Positions 42,365 through 42,569 of a stretch of 42,569 nt of DNA are shown here, piece by piece (position 1 is the first letter of the stretch; each line of letters begins with the position of its first letter). The notes under the pieces were generated by a model. It was not told where the DNA came from. It saw only the letters and a program-made list of their open reading frames with translations, and did not search any database. Both the position numbers and the translations under genes were made by a program. Source of the DNA: Haloplasmataceae bacterium (GTDB taxonomy: Bacteria; Bacillota_I; Bacilli_A; Haloplasmatales; Haloplasmataceae). The stretch is taken from assembly GCA_036562215.1 (NCBI GenBank), contig DATCKO010000153.1, positions 1 to 42,569 on the forward strand, written 5' to 3'.

Positions 42365-42569
42365 ATGAGCAAAAAAGTGGTTATAAATACTGAATACATT
42401 ACATTAGGACAATTATTAAAAATGGAGAATATTATTGAAACAGGTGGCTTAGCTAAGGTCTTTTTAAGTGAGACCGAAGTTTTAGTTAATGGCATTAAAG
42501 AACAAAGAAGAGGAAAGAAACTTTTTCCTGGGGATATCGTTAATATTAAAAATTTAGGAAGTTTTATTA
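42365..42569 (+). CDS. yaaA: S4-domain RNA-binding protein YaaA (3' end cut by the window edge)
   Basis: My translation is MSKKVVINTEYITLGQLLKMENIIETGGLAKVFLSETEVLVNGIKEQRRGKKLFPGDIVNIKNLGSF, closely parallel to B. subtilis YaaA. SD AAAGGTGA lies upstream. It sits at the conserved position after dnaN. Confidence 0.85.
   Translation, partial: MSKKVVINTEYITLGQLLKMENIIETGGLAKVFLSETEVLVNGIKEQRRGKKLFPGDIVNIKNLGSFI

Overview
Very AT-rich (roughly 70% A+T by eye) chromosomal window centred on the replication origin of a low-GC Bacillota-type genome (Erysipelotrichia/Mollicutes-like). ORFs close properly under the standard code and GGAGG-type Shine-Dalgarno sites are common. The classic origin neighbourhood is intact. 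rpmH-rnpA-yidC-jag-mnmE, then mnmG-rsmG, a membrane-protein insert, noc-soj-spo0J and yyzM lie on the minus strand. dnaA-dnaN-yaaA lie on the plus strand, and DnaA-box clusters flank dnaA. Left of oriC the minus strand carries housekeeping genes: an Asn T-box leader followed by rmuC-asnS, an ABC exporter, a DUF1934-argS fusion, rpoE, pyrG, fba, zupT, an FAD oxidoreductase, purA, and a C1/purine operon (fhs, class V aminotransferase, folD, purB, DUF6624-like). Three plus-strand blocks run head-on to replication: a 1.8k-aa signalling protein, an ECF S-component/DUF1893 pair, and trkAH. I saw no rRNA or tRNA genes, CRISPR arrays, IS elements or phage genes. Observations most worth follow-up: (1) the giant protein, a pseudokinase - STAND NTPase - TPR - GAF - GGDEF - GAF fusion; (2) a 6-TM protein with a degenerate HD-GYP-like tail inserted between rsmG and noc, a possible c-di-GMP partner; (3) an Asn-specific T-box whose first downstream gene is rmuC, with asnS translationally coupled behind it; (4) an in-frame DUF1934-ArgS fusion with an internal SD; (5) two homologous terminator hairpins built from inverted DnaA boxes; (6) a pyrG leader with the hallmarks of reiterative-transcription attenuation. 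All family assignments are by-eye motif recognition and no database search was run.
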